A stretch of DNA of 64,000 nt. Source: Gracilinanus agilis. Its lineage: Eukaryota. Positions within the stretch are counted from its first letter, which is position 1. Every line of letters begins with the position of its first letter. A model generated the notes under the pieces. The model did no database searches and was not told the DNA's origin. It saw only the letters and a list, made by a program, of their open reading frames with translations. The translations under genes were made by a program, and so were the position numbers. The stretch spans positions 151,276,016 to 151,340,015 of the forward strand of contig NC_058131.1 in assembly GCF_016433145.1 (NCBI RefSeq), written 5' to 3'. Shown in pieces: positions 10,200 through 22,036 of the stretch.

Positions 10200-11370
10200 T
10201 TATTCTCCCCAAGATCAATCCAATGGTATTTTCTCAGTCATTATTCTTGACCTCACTGAAGCTTTTGGCACCGTTGACCATCTCTTTCTTTTAAATATTC
10301 CCTATTTTCCTCAGTCCCTATTCTAAACAACTCTTAAGCTTTTTCAATGCCGTCTTCCTCTAAATAATCTCTCCTTTGTGGGTTTTCTCAACACTATTCT
10401 TGGTTACCATTTTCCTATTCTAGATTATCATCCATATCACACTTCCTGTGAGTGTTCCCTAAGTCTCTTCTCTTTTTTCTTCATACTCTTTTTTTTGCTG
10501 ATGATACTATTAGCTCAAGTGGCTTTAATTATCATCTCTATGCTAATGACTACCAGACTGGTATGCAGCCTTTGTCTCTCTCCAGACCTCCAGTCCAACA
10601 TCACTAACTACCTAATGGTCATTTTGAACTTAATGAGATGTCTGAACACAGGCCTCTCAAATTCAACATGTCCAAAACAGAACTCATTAAATTTTCCCTC
10701 TCCCTAACCTCCAGACTCCCTCTTCCTCATTTATCTATTTTTTCTAGAGAGCACTAAAATCTTTCTGGTCACCCAGGTGCCCAACTTCAGTATTACCCTT
10801 GAGGCTTCATTCCTGCCAGCCCGATCTATCAAATCAGTTGACAGATCTTATTTTTATGTCCAGAACATCCCTTTCATTCATTCCCTTCCTTCCACTCACA
10901 TTTATTCAGTTTCATCTCTTATCTATTCGTAACTTCCTCCCTGCCTCAAATCTCTCCCCTTTCTTATCAATTCTTCACATAACTGCCTAACTGTTTTTCC
11001 TAAACCACCATGTCACTCCCCTACTCTTCTCCTGTGGCTCCCTATTACTGTCAGAATAAAAAATAAATCTCTGTTTGGCATTTAAGAACCTTTTACACCT
11101 TCCCCAACTTCTTTTTCCAGCTTTATTACATATCATTCCTCTTTATACAGACTACATTTCAGTCAAATTTGACTTCTGTCACTCATATACAACCCTCTAC
11201 CTTCTATCTCCTTTTTATCTCTGGCTGTCCCCCATGCCCAGAATGTACTCCCTCCTTACTTCTTCCTGTTAGAATCCCTAGTTTCCTTCAAAGCTGAGCT
11301 CAAGTACTAGTTTCTTAAAAAATGAAGCTTTTTCTGATCCTCCCAACAACTAATGCCTTGCCCTCAAAAT
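10200..11370 (+). mobile_element. L2 LINE remnant (RT region to 3' end)
   Basis: Encodes degenerate SNGIFSVIILDLTEAFGTVDH, with characteristic ctccagtcc...ctcaaattcaacatgtccaaaacagaactc. Confidence 0.85.
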
Positions 11371-11409
11371 AACTATGTATCTGTGTTGCATATAGCATAT
11401 TGGGGTGTG

Positions 11410-12005
11410 CTGGGTATTCAGGGAAGACTAGAATCTATAATGAGAGAGCTTGCCAAGCCCTATTCAGGGCTTCTTTTCTCCCTTGGTGTTCACCTGCCAC
11501 CCAGCTCTCACCTGTGGTTCCAAGAAGCTATAGTATGCACAGCAGCCACACTCTGGTAAAACCATCTAGGTAGGCATGCTAAAACCAGGTTAGTAAGTTA
11601 ATGCTGATATTAATAGGTTAATAGAACTACTGGTTAATAGACCTCAAACCAATAGATGAGTTAGGGATGTGTCTGTCTCAAGCATAGGAAGACTTTCCCT
11701 AATGGAAGGGGCAGAGAAGAACAATTTGTTCCAACAGCAATAAAGGTGGCTAGAAGCAGGCACGATGGAGTGCTTAGAGCTTGGTTAGACATCAGAGAAG
11801 TCAAAGTCAACCCCTGCATCCAGAATCGTCACTAATCATCTTGATTATTGCCTTTAACCTGGACTTGGATGACTCTGGAAGAGAAAGTGAAGCCAAAGTC
11901 TTTGTGTAGCTCTGCTTCGCTTAAGTCCAATGTATGTGCAAATGAAAAGACCTCACCAGTGGTGCCATTTTGGTCCTCTTTGAGTAGGAATGATAACAAC
12001 CAGCA
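11410..12005 (+). mobile_element. Marsupial RTE-LINE-derived repeat
   Basis: Resembles the recalled marsupial RTE-type consensus (cacccagctctcacctgtggttccaagaagc...gagaagaacaatttgttccaac...ggatgactctggaagagaaagtgaag...gataacaac tail). Confidence 0.7.
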
Positions 12006-12229
12006 ATATCTGTACTCTGTGCTGATGAATCTCAGATCTACTTATCCAGTCCTAACCTTTCTCCTGTCTTCCAGATTCACACCTCCAACTGCCTGCTTGA
12101 TTTCTTAAACTGGATGTCCAGTAAACACCTTTTGTTTTTCAGCTCTTGCCTTCTGCCTTAGAATCAATATAGAATCAAGTATTGGTTCTAAGGCAGAAGA
12201 TGGGTAAGGGCTAGGCAACTGGGGTTAAC

Positions 12230-12378
12230 AATACATGTATAACCCAGATGGAACTGCCTGCCAGCACTGGGAGGGGGAGAGAAGGGAGAAGGGAGACAGT
12301 TTATATCACATAACTTGGGAAAACATGTGGCAATCTGTTATTGTGTATAATTGATAAAATAAAAAAAAATTTAAAAAG
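12230..12378 (+). mobile_element. L1 extreme 3' end with poly(A)
   Basis: acatgtataacccagatggaactg...gggagggggagagaaggg...aataaaaaaaa. Confidence 0.7.
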
Positions 12379-12504
12379 AGCCATTATAATTTGGGGGGTG
12401 AATATAGGGATTTTCTTCATATTAATAGTTCCTTTGATTATAATCATAGTAATGGATCTCTAATTCAAAAGGTATAGATATTTCATATACATAATTCCTA
12501 ATTG

Positions 12505-12660
12505 CTTTTTTTTTTAACCCTACTGTCTGTCTTAAAATCAATACTAAGTATTGGTTCCAACATAGAAGAGCAATAAAAGCTAGGCAATGGGGGTTAAGTG
12601 ACTTTCCCAGGGTCATACAACTAGGAAGTATCTGAGACCAGATTCTAGGCCTGACTCTCG
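12505..12660 (-). mobile_element. SINE1_Mdo-like SINE
   Basis: Reverse-strand tail and core. Confidence 0.82.
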
Positions 12661-12689
12661 ATCTCTAAATTGTTTTCTAAAATGTTTTG

Positions 12690-13030
12690 TGATATCATAG
12701 CACACCAATAATGTATCTCATCTTTGCCAATTTGCAGGGTGTGAAATAAAACTTCAGTGTGGTTTTGATTTGCATTTCTTTTATTATTAGTGACTTGGAA
12801 TTTTTTCATATTGTAATATGTAATTTGCGGGGTTTTTTTTTTTGAGAATTGCTTGTTCCTGTCCTTTCACCAGTTATCTATTAGGGAATGATTCACATAC
12901 ACATACATACATACATATATATTAAAAATCTTGGACACTAAATCCTCATCAGAAAATTTTGATCCAAAGATTTTTTCCCATGTGACCACTTCCCTTATTA
13001 TCTACGTATCTTATTCAGAAGCTTTTCAGT
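12690..13030 (-). mobile_element. L1 ORF2 3' fragment
   Basis: tttgccaatttgcagggtgtgaaataaaacttcagtgtggttttgatttgcatttct is the reverse complement of the L1 ORF2 C-terminal region. Confidence 0.72.
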
Positions 13031-13059
13031 TTTAAGTAACAAATGGAGTCATAAGATTG

Positions 13060-13720
13060 AAACAACTGAACCACAACTAACTGTATTTCAGACCTTTTAC
13101 ACATCTAGTCCTGAATTACTCTAACAGCCCAACTAGTTGCCTGCCTCCTGTGTCTTTCCTAATCCATATTCAATATAGCTACCAAAAAGCTACCTAAAGC
13201 ATAGATAGACCTGTGTTGGTGAACCTATGGCACATGTGCCGGAGGGGGCTGCTCCCCTCCTTTTCTCCATGCCTGCCTGAGGACATTTCTCCCTTCACCC
13301 ACCCATCTGCCCAGCAGCCCAATGGGAGTGCTTCCTCCCTCCATTCTGGGGTAAGGGGGCAGCTCATGGTCTATATGAGGTTGCAGTTTGGGCACTGGGT
13401 CTCTAAAAGGTTTGCCATCACTGGCACAGACCTACGGCATTCCACTGCTAAATAAACCCCAGAAGCTTACCTATTGGCTTTAAGCTCAGATACATAGAAA
13501 TTCCTCTGTCTGGTCTTTAAAGCCCTTCACAACCTGCCTGCAGCCTTCCTTTACAATTTCATTATACTTTGGACCCCTTTGTGTCCACAAAGTACCTTTG
13601 AATAGACAAACTCCTTTGCCTGAAATTTCCCCCTTTCTCTCCTCTCCTCTCCCTGCCATCTCAATTCTGTTTTTAGCCTTTAGTCTTTTCCTCTCCACCA
13701 CCATCCCCATATACTTAATT
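13060..13720 (+). mobile_element. L2 remnant interrupted by a hAT MITE
   Basis: L2 3'-region motifs on both sides of 13211-13423. Confidence 0.7.
13211..13423 (+). mobile_element. hAT MITE (CAGTGATGGCGAACCT-type TIR)
   Basis: TIRs CTGTGTTGGTGAACCT / AGGTTTGCCATCACTG with a degenerate 8-bp TSD agatagac/gcacagac. Confidence 0.82.
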
Positions 13721-14869
13721 GTGTATATATATATTTTAGGTACTCAAATGTGTAGATATCTCCTTCAAAGAGAATGAAAATATTTTGTTTTTCTATCTTC
13801 CACCCCTAATACTCCTGGTACTTTTTAAAAAACTGAAGCCTATGATTTCATCTGTGCTCTTTGTAAAGAATATCTTTTACTCCTTCAGACAGACACCTTC
13901 TGCTTTATTTGGTCTCACAGCTGGGGTTAAAGAAAAGACTTCTGGGCTCAAGGATTTACAGAAATTTGTACTTGGGAAGCTAGTAAAATGGTGGGCTTTA
14001 TCACTATGCAGCACAATAAACAAAACCCAAAAAGTGTGTGTGTACATACACAAATGTGTTCACACACAATACACTATATGTTAGTCAGCTAGAGACTGAG
14101 CCATGCACAGGGATAGGGATGGAGGGAGAGAGGGATGGTGGCAAGGATCTCCATGGGCAAACATTCTCCAGAGTGGAGTCTGAACAGGGAAAGGTTATAC
14201 TTATAGCTGGGGCCAGGTCATAAGTGCCAGATATGGGAGGAAACAATCCTAATCAGACGCCGAGGAGGTGGGAAAATACACCAGGGCACTTCCTGATACC
14301 AGACTCAGGTCAGAGAGTTTGCTAATCCCAGCTAGATACTAGGAAAGGTTTGAACTGATAATCAGGGACCCCAGGAATGGCTGAAGGCAAGCTGGCACGT
14401 TGGCCAGAAGCCCCATCCAATCAGGGTCATTTTTGACACAGGGTCAGGATCGTCAGGACAGTGGAAAAGTATTCTGCTTTAGAGATTTCCAGTCATTAGA
14501 GTCACACCGCCAAGTGATTCCATATTGAAATCCTACAATGTATAACATCAAAAAACATCTTTAAAAACCACAATAATCACATCTTCTCTGATGAGGCCCA
14601 AAGAAATAGTGTCTTGCCCAAGTCTGGTCATTCGTTCATTCATTCATTCGCTCTTCTGGCCACTGCCCTTGGCAATATGTCACATTAGAAAATTTCACTG
14701 TTCCTCCCTTACAGACCAACAGACCTAAAACCATGGGAATGCCAGCATAAAGTCTATTATTCCCTGTCACAAACTTATTAATTCAAAGAAAATCAGAATT
14801 ATAGTCTCATAATAAATGGAGAAAGGTAGTTAAAACGTTCTACAATCATGTTTGTCAGAATCCCCAGTT

Positions 14870-15065
14870 AGAGGCAGATAAGTAAGTAGTCCAGCAGATA
14901 GAGCCCCAAGCCTGGAATCAGGAGGACCTACGCTCAAATCTGGCTTCAGATACATGTTAGCTGTGTGACCCTGGGCAAGTCACTTAGCCTCCAATTGCCT
15001 AGTTCTTGCCACTTTTCCATCTTAGAACTGATAACTAAGACAGAAAATAAGAATTTAAAAGAAAA
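14870..15065 (+). mobile_element. SINE1_Mdo/MAR1-like SINE
   Basis: Head, core tgtgtgaccctgggcaagtcactta and A-rich tail. Confidence 0.8.
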
Positions 15066-15989
15066 AATAATTCCTCTTAATCCTAAATATTCCTAACATA
15101 TAGAAGGTGAGAATTCTCTGCCTAAAATACTTCGTACTCTTTGTACCTTATTTTTATCTAAGAAAATCATTAGCAGCTCTGAAATAGTATGGAAAGATGA
15201 ACTTTAAACTATGGTTCAGAAGTGAATACAGCAACGACTAAGTTTGATCTTGTCTATCCTTTGGCTAAAAAAAATATGGCATATTTATGTTGAAATATCT
15301 TAGCTGTTTTAAGGAAATACAGCAGTCTTTATTACAATCTCGATTTCATGTAGCTCTCTCAGTACCCACCCTTGCAACTCCCCGACACTGGGCCAGGCAT
15401 CAAGAAAGCAATTTCGGCATTTTCCAATCATGTTGTAGCTTTTATTTCAGCTTGGTATAATCCAGGGAGTAAGCTAAGAAGTCAGTCTTATTTACAATCT
15501 AGCATGTTATCATAATCAAATATCATAATCAAATTATCATAAATTATAGGAGGAAACAGTAATTAAGAGAAAAACTGAGCTATTGATGCAACTTTCCCCA
15601 AAGAAAATACAAAGTCATTTTTTTCCTTTACAACATTGTTCAAAGAAACCTCCATTCTCCTCCTTCCTTCTAGAAGATAACAAATCCCACATTCACTCGT
15701 CTTATTATACAAAGGATCATAAATTTCAAGCTGGAAAGGACCTCAGAAGTCATCTAGTTTAACTCCATTTGACATATGAAAAAACTCAAGTGCAGAGAGG
15801 TTGCAATTGGCCCAAAGTCCCAGATACTAAGCATTGAAGAACAATTTGAACCCCAGTTCTCTGCCTCGAGAACGAGTGTTCTTTCCTCTATGCTACAAAT
15901 AGTTGTTTCTCTGTGTACTAACCAGGTAACAATTTTTTATGTAGAATTTATGTTATTGATATTCAATAAGATACCTATGGAGTAACCTT

Positions 15990-16175
15990 TTTTTTTTTAA
16001 ACTCTTATATTTTGTTTTAGTATTAATTCTAAGACAGAAGAGAGGAAGGGCCAGGCAACTAGGGTTAAGTGACCTGTGCAGAGTCACAAGCTAGGAAGCA
16101 TCTGAGACCAGATTTGAACCTGGGTCCTCCCAACACTGGACGTGGCATTCTACCTACTCTGCTGCCTAGTTGCCT
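15990..16175 (-). mobile_element. SINE1_Mdo-like SINE
   Basis: Reverse-strand T-tail, core and head (ctgcctagttgcctc). Confidence 0.8.
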
Positions 16176-16941
16176 CTAATTAATCTTTGAGAATAAAAAA
16201 TTTGTCTTTTAAAAACTAATTTGCAATAAGGCAGGGTTCATTGTGTATATCTCCTTCCATCTCTGTGCGTGACTCAGTCTCTAGCTGACTGTCCTATAGT
16301 GTATGTGTATGCACACGTATGTGTATGTACACAAGCCCTTTTTGGGTTTTGTTTACTGTGCTGCGTAGTGATAAAGCCCACCATTTTGCTAGCTTCCCAA
16401 ATACAAATTTCGGTAAATCCTTGAGCCAGAAGTCTCTTCTTTAACCCCAGTCAGGAAACCAAAAAAAGACTTAAGGTAAAACCACAGACCACTACCACCT
16501 GTAGTAATCTTCAACTGAACACGTATTTATCCATTTCTAATTTTCTTAAGTTACAGAATCACAGAATTTCAAAATTGGAAGGGATTTCATCAACCGTCTA
16601 GTCCAATGTAATTCCAAAAAAGGAATCCTTAGTCTGACATCTCTAACAATTGACTACTCAAGCCTCCATTCTTTTGTGAATATAGCTGGGTCCCAAAAAG
16701 TATAAATAATGAATCTCATGAAGTAGCACTATTATTAAAATTCAGACTGCATATGCCCATTGGGCTGTATTTTATAGAATCCTTACAAGATATTATGAAC
16801 TTAAATACGTGGGACCGCTGTATAGGATTTGTTATTTGCAGTAATGGGGACCTAGTTGTATATTAGTCTGCTCAAAGGCCTGAATTTCATCACTTTAATT
16901 GAAGAATCCTTGAAGAAATCAGCTCTATGACTTTGGGTTGC

Positions 16942-17149
16942 CTTTAAAAAAATTTTTTTTTAATATTTGTTTTAAACCCTTAACTTCTGTGTATTGGTTC
17001 CTTGGTAGAAGAGTGGTAAGGGTGGGCAAGGGGGGTCAAGTGACTTGCCCAGGGTCACACAGCTGGGAAGTGTCTGAGGTCAGATTTGAACCTAGGACCT
17101 CCCGTCTCTAGGCCTGGCTCTCAATCCACTGAGCTACCCAGCTGCCCCC
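16942..17149 (-). mobile_element. Young full-length SINE1_Mdo-like SINE with perfect 12-bp TSD
   Basis: TSD actttgggttgc at 16930-41 and 17150-61, and near-consensus body. Confidence 0.95.
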
Positions 17150-17924
17150 ACTTTGGGTTGCTTTTTATTGAATACAAACAACTTGTGCTATGAGGCAAGG
17201 AGCTCAAGGCATCTAATTGTAACTGATCTTTCTGAATCTTTGAAAATTGTGATCTAGGATTCTCTTACATGGGCAAGAAAACTAGAAAGGAAGTTTCCTC
17301 AGTTAATGTGGTTTGTGACCAGATCATAGTAAAACTTAAGAGTGTGTCAATGATTTCCTTTGGGCAATATAGAACTTTGGAAACATTATAGTAAAATAAA
17401 GGTTCGTTAATTTTATGGTTGATATAGCAAGGACGAGATATTAGACTTAACTCCCATCAGAGGAGAATTTTATGTGAATTATGATTTTTTTAAATTTTCA
17501 CTATTTTCCTGCCTGCTAAGAAAAGCTTATTTATAAATCTTCAGGAACTACTTAATCATGAATTATTTTAAATGTCAGTAACTTCAAAGGGTCCTCAAAC
17601 TAAGTTTAATTGATGACACAAATGCCTGTGGCAGCATGTAGCAGACTGGAGTCTTGTCTTAAAATAGGTGATAAAATGGTGAATTATAGTCCTTCTTGTA
17701 TGGCTTAATTGTCAATGAGAAACATAAGACAGACTTCTCGTGTTAATATTAAAACCCGTGTGCTTATTTCTCCTCTCTCCTCACTCCCTCCCCCAATTCC
17801 TTTTGGTCTAATCTGCAGACTAATGTGTTTAAAGCATGACTGGCCTAGGAATGACAGTTGACTTTATTCTTATTTGGTAATTTATTAGTCTATGATCTGG
17901 GGTAAAAATAACCTAATCTTATAG

Positions 17925-18030
17925 GGGCATAGATTTAAAGCTGGAAAGGCACTTGGAGAATATCTAGTCCAACTTCCTCACTTTACAGATGAGAAAGTTG
18001 AGGCACAAAGATGAAGTAACTTGCTTAGTC
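17925..18030 (-). mobile_element. MIR fragment
   Basis: catagatttaaagctggaaagg...ttacagatgagaaagttgaggcaca. Confidence 0.7.
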
Positions 18031-19772
18031 AATTCTGAAGCTTGTTAGGGCATGTATTAACACATAAAAGCACTAAGAACTTCTTGGGGAAGTAGCAAGT
18101 GATCCATCCCCTTTATAAAGTTTGTTGTCCAATTAAATAGCCTGTAGCTGTTTGCAGCTGGGTCTTCCATGAATAGACTGCATCCCATGATCCCTAGCTT
18201 CCTTCAAATCACATCTCACAGGCCACTTCCTACACAAGGTCACTAGCAATCACTCCCTTCTGAAGTAACTGCATATATTTGCTTTTTACCTATTGGTGCT
18301 TTTGCGGTATCTCTCCTCCTCAGTTGAAAGGGCAGTTTTCTCTTTGTGGTTCTAGCAGTAAGATGCTCTGTATATAATAAGTATTTAATAAATGTTTTGG
18401 TGAATTGCTTCTTTTTTAAATTGTATATCTCACACATACACACACATGTGTGTGATTGTGTGTAGTATACTTTATGCCTACATTGCAATACCATTATAGT
18501 ATTTATCCCTCTTAGGGCTTGAGGAATGCAGTACTCTTTGTATACCATTTTCAACTTTTCTTAATGATACATTATTTCTTCAATTTAAAATTCTTCTTCC
18601 ATTCCTTAGGGGATGGTCTCCACGAGTATCTTTTGGCCAAAAACAAGGGATCTGGTGGTCAACCAGATGCCTTGAATATCAGACCAAAAAGTAGTGCCTG
18701 ATATTTTTCTTGTAAACCATTGTTGGCAATAAAATTGAAATCTAGTAAAGCAAATGTGTAACAAGGAATATGTCTACACTAAAAATCTGAGCACTGTTTT
18801 TTCTGCTCCTCCCCCCAAAATATATGGGGCAAAAATCTTTAAATAAATCATTTGAGATTTCTATAATCCTTCCTCCAAAGCCAGACGTCAGTTCCTCTCA
18901 AAACATCCTTGGTTGAATTCATATCCTGACTGCCTTTTTTTAAAACAAAGACTTGTTCAAGACAGTAGTCATTATCCTTACAAAGCCTCCTTCTACAGAG
19001 AGATGGGGAGGAGGCAAAGTTAAGACACAACTTAATTTTGAACTAGAACAAAATAGGAACTTAACTCTTAAGGAAAGAGCTTAAACTACACAAAGGTAAA
19101 GGTATAGACTGGTATAAACTAGTAGGTCATGTTGGACATTTCCTAAAATACTGTTATTAGTCATATTGTGTCATCTTTTCCCTAAAAGGGGTGCCTGGCA
19201 CATTTATAGTCTGTATTATATTTCAGAGTATTTGGTATACTGGTTGGAATGATGAGGAAGCAGTTTTGCAGTACCAACCTCAGAAAGCAATTGTTTCCAA
19301 GCACAAAAACACACCCATGCGTTTCTTCATCTGCAATATGCAGATAAAAAGATAAAATCACACATACAATTTTGCCATATGGGGTTGATATGAACAAAGT
19401 GCTCTTTAAACCATAAATTATATATATGTATGTATGTATATGCACACACATATATAAGATATAGTTACAAAGTATAAATTAGCACATACAGCCAAGGTCC
19501 CAGTTAGTATAAATAATGAATCTAAGTGGCAGCATCATTCACATTCACAATGCATATTTCCACGGGGTTGGAACTAATGACCATAATCATAACTTCAAAT
19601 AGCATAGCTTTCAATACATGTGATTTTTTCCCCCCAGTATGCATTATTCTTACTAATTGGGATTTAGCTTTAGGAACAACCAAACACAATTCCAATATAC
19701 AGTTTCTCCATTCCCTGATTTGATTAAATGAAACCAGTCAATCCAGACCACACAAGAAAACTAGTTGAAGGT

Positions 19773-19778
19773 TTTATT
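19773..19778 (-). terminator. BCL2L11: Distal polyadenylation signal AATAAA of BCL2L11
   Basis: TTTATT on + strand. A U/GU-rich downstream element (minus strand ttttcttgtgtggt, ~19747-19760) follows at the expected distance. Confidence 0.8.
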
Positions 19779-19839
19779 TATATAAAATTCATTATTAAAG
19801 AACATAAAAGATCGAGTTTTTCCTTAAAAAATCTGCAAT

Positions 19840-19942
19840 TATTTACAGCAGTATTGCACAAGTAAAGTGACAATTACCCTGTCAAAAATTCATCAGTGCA
19901 AAACACAAGTAAGCCAGGGAAATTGCAATAAAAATGCTACAT
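19840..19942 (-). promoter_or_regulatory. Distal 3'UTR cluster of miRNA seed sites and a Pumilio element
   Basis: mRNA-sense motifs: UGUAAAUA (PUM, 19840-47), GUGCAAUA (miR-25/32/92 8mer, 19852-59), ACAGGGUA (miR-10 8mer, 19875-82), UGCACUGA (miR-148/152 8mer, 19893-900), UUGCACU (miR-130/301, 19895-901), UUUGCAC (miR-19, 19896-902), AUGUAGCA (miR-221/222 8mer, 19935-42). Confidence 0.75.
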
Positions 19943-21332
19943 ATGCTGGGTCCTATGAAACAAAGTAAGTGATTAATCAGTCTAAGTTACAGATCAGTGC
20001 TATGTACATATCGGTACCTGATGAGTTTGTATACAGTATTTGTGGTCTTAAAACCAGGGTACAAAATATTTAAATCCTCTGAAATCCAAAAAATTTACCG
20101 AAGTAGTCAAGTTATTTACACAAGAATTTGAGGATACTTCTTGTATAAGGAAAAGTTTGTATGTGTAAGTAGCAAGTCCCACAGTTGATCACCTGTGTGT
20201 ATGCACCAAAACCCCACACATTGTATGTAGGAGTGCAGAGTAATAAACACACATGGAGGCACCGGGCTAAGCTGCAATGGCAGCACCATTTTGCTTGTTA
20301 TATATGGAACCTATTAGTAAGTTTTATTAAAATTTTCACGACTTAGCACATCTTAACAGCCAATTAAAGATCTTTCATTTGGACTCAAAATAATCTCTTT
20401 TGACGGAAATATAAATTAAAAGCCAAACTAAAAGGAACAATATGTGATCAGAATATAGGAATGCTGAGAATTGCCTATTCCACTGAGGGAAGAAGGGCAC
20501 GAAGGATAAACCATGTTCCAACTGCGAAATAAGCCATGCAAGTTAAGATTTTAAAACAAGCAAACTGATACCCCGTCGGCTTGGTACCAGCGTGTGGCAG
20601 GAGACACAAGGCAAAGAGCCAAAAACCCAGGGCCCCAGCCTGTTTCCTTCCTAACAAATGAAGGGAAAAAATGCCTCGGGAACCAAGTGAGGTAGTTGAT
20701 TGCCTGCCCACTTGTCCCATGGATCCCTGACTTCAGCAATCTCAAGGCAGCAACCTCTGTAATCTCATCATCTTTTTTTTTTCTCAACATGACTAATCAA
20801 TGGCAGTAAACTTTTCCCAAATGCTAAATATATTTTATACCCAAAGATGGGGCAGGCTTAGAGCAAACAATTCACAATGGTTTATGACTGGAAGAACTTG
20901 GTTAATGCTCTGAGTAGATTCCAGTATTTGGCTATTTTCAGCTCCCTTAGCGTTAAAAACCACAATTAAGCAAATCCTAAAAGTTTAATAAAAGCAAAAT
21001 GAACAGGAATGAAATCTGGAGGACCACAGTAGAAAAGCCATACGGACAGCACTGAAAAAGACAGTGCGTTAAACTGATCAATCACTACTTCTGTGTTAAA
21101 GCAGATAATCTGGGGGAGGGAAAGGGAATGCATAACTTTACAGAACTTGAGAAATTAAATAAGCAGAAAATAAATATACAATATTTCTACAAGTTACAGC
21201 ATTATGAAACAGTAGAACACATTACACAGAAAAGAATCTACATATTTACAAACATCAATTCTAAAAAAAAAAGGTTTAGAAAACAGTGATTTTTACTTAT
21301 TTACAAAATCTTACAGAAAAAAGAACCACACA

Positions 21333-21356
21333 ATTGCACACAGACATTTGGCTCAG
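21333..21356 (-). promoter_or_regulatory. miR-25/32/92 7mer-m8 site and miR-24 8mer site
   Basis: + strand ATTGCAC at 21333-39 and TGGCTCAG(TT) at 21349-56, the latter matching the first 10 nt of miR-24. Confidence 0.65.
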
Positions 21357-21738
21357 TTGATAAAAGTAAAGATGTTCTAATCTAATAAATATTTAAATAT
21401 TTACAATAAAATAGAGGAAGGGTTAAGGAGAGAGAAAGAAGGGAAAAAATGTGTACAAATTTTTTATATCAGAAGAAATTTTAAACTGGTTTCTCCACAA
21501 CCAAAGCAAATTCTTCATTAAGTTTTGGCAGGATATGTCATCTGAAGAATTACCCATGAAAGTAAGTATTCTGTATTTGCTTATTGCATTTTCATTGTTA
21601 TGCCATGGGAGACTTACTACAAACCCAACGTGGGTAGAGGTTGTCAAGGCACAAAACCCGCATTAAGTTTTCAAAAAGTGGAATTAGCTCTTTTTTTTTT
21701 TTTTTTTAAATGCTGGAGGCATTGTGTTCTCTAAGAGA

Positions 21739-21746
21739 TACAGTAC
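21739..21746 (-). promoter_or_regulatory. miR-101 8mer seed site
   Basis: + strand TACAGTAC = mRNA GUACUGUA. Confidence 0.55.
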
Positions 21747-22028
21747 AGAGAAATGTATTTCTCTCTCAAACTCTTGGTGCCAACATCCTATTCTATACTG
21801 CTTCTATAATTCATAGAATTTCTTTAGCTCATCATTAGGCTTATTTTTATCATCAGCCTGAAGCAATGGTGGCAAACCTGTTGCACTGCCATGCTTGAGG
21901 TAAATGTATAAGAAAGGACATGAATCCCCACTGGGGCACTGGGCCAGCAGAGCCATACAAAAATGTCCTTTTGTGAGTTGCATTGCTTCCAACTCCCAGG
22001 GGAGATGTATAATTAAAAGAAACAGAAG

Positions 22029-22036
22029 TAAAGTGC
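22029..22036 (-). promoter_or_regulatory. miR-17/20/93/106 8mer seed site
   Basis: + strand TAAAGTGC = mRNA GCACUUUA. BIM is an established target of the miR-17~92 and miR-106b~25 clusters. Confidence 0.65.

Noticed and set aside
19541-19547. miR-181 seed match (ACATTCA on + strand)
   Set aside because: Lies downstream of the best poly(A) signal (19773-78), so it is probably not in the mRNA.
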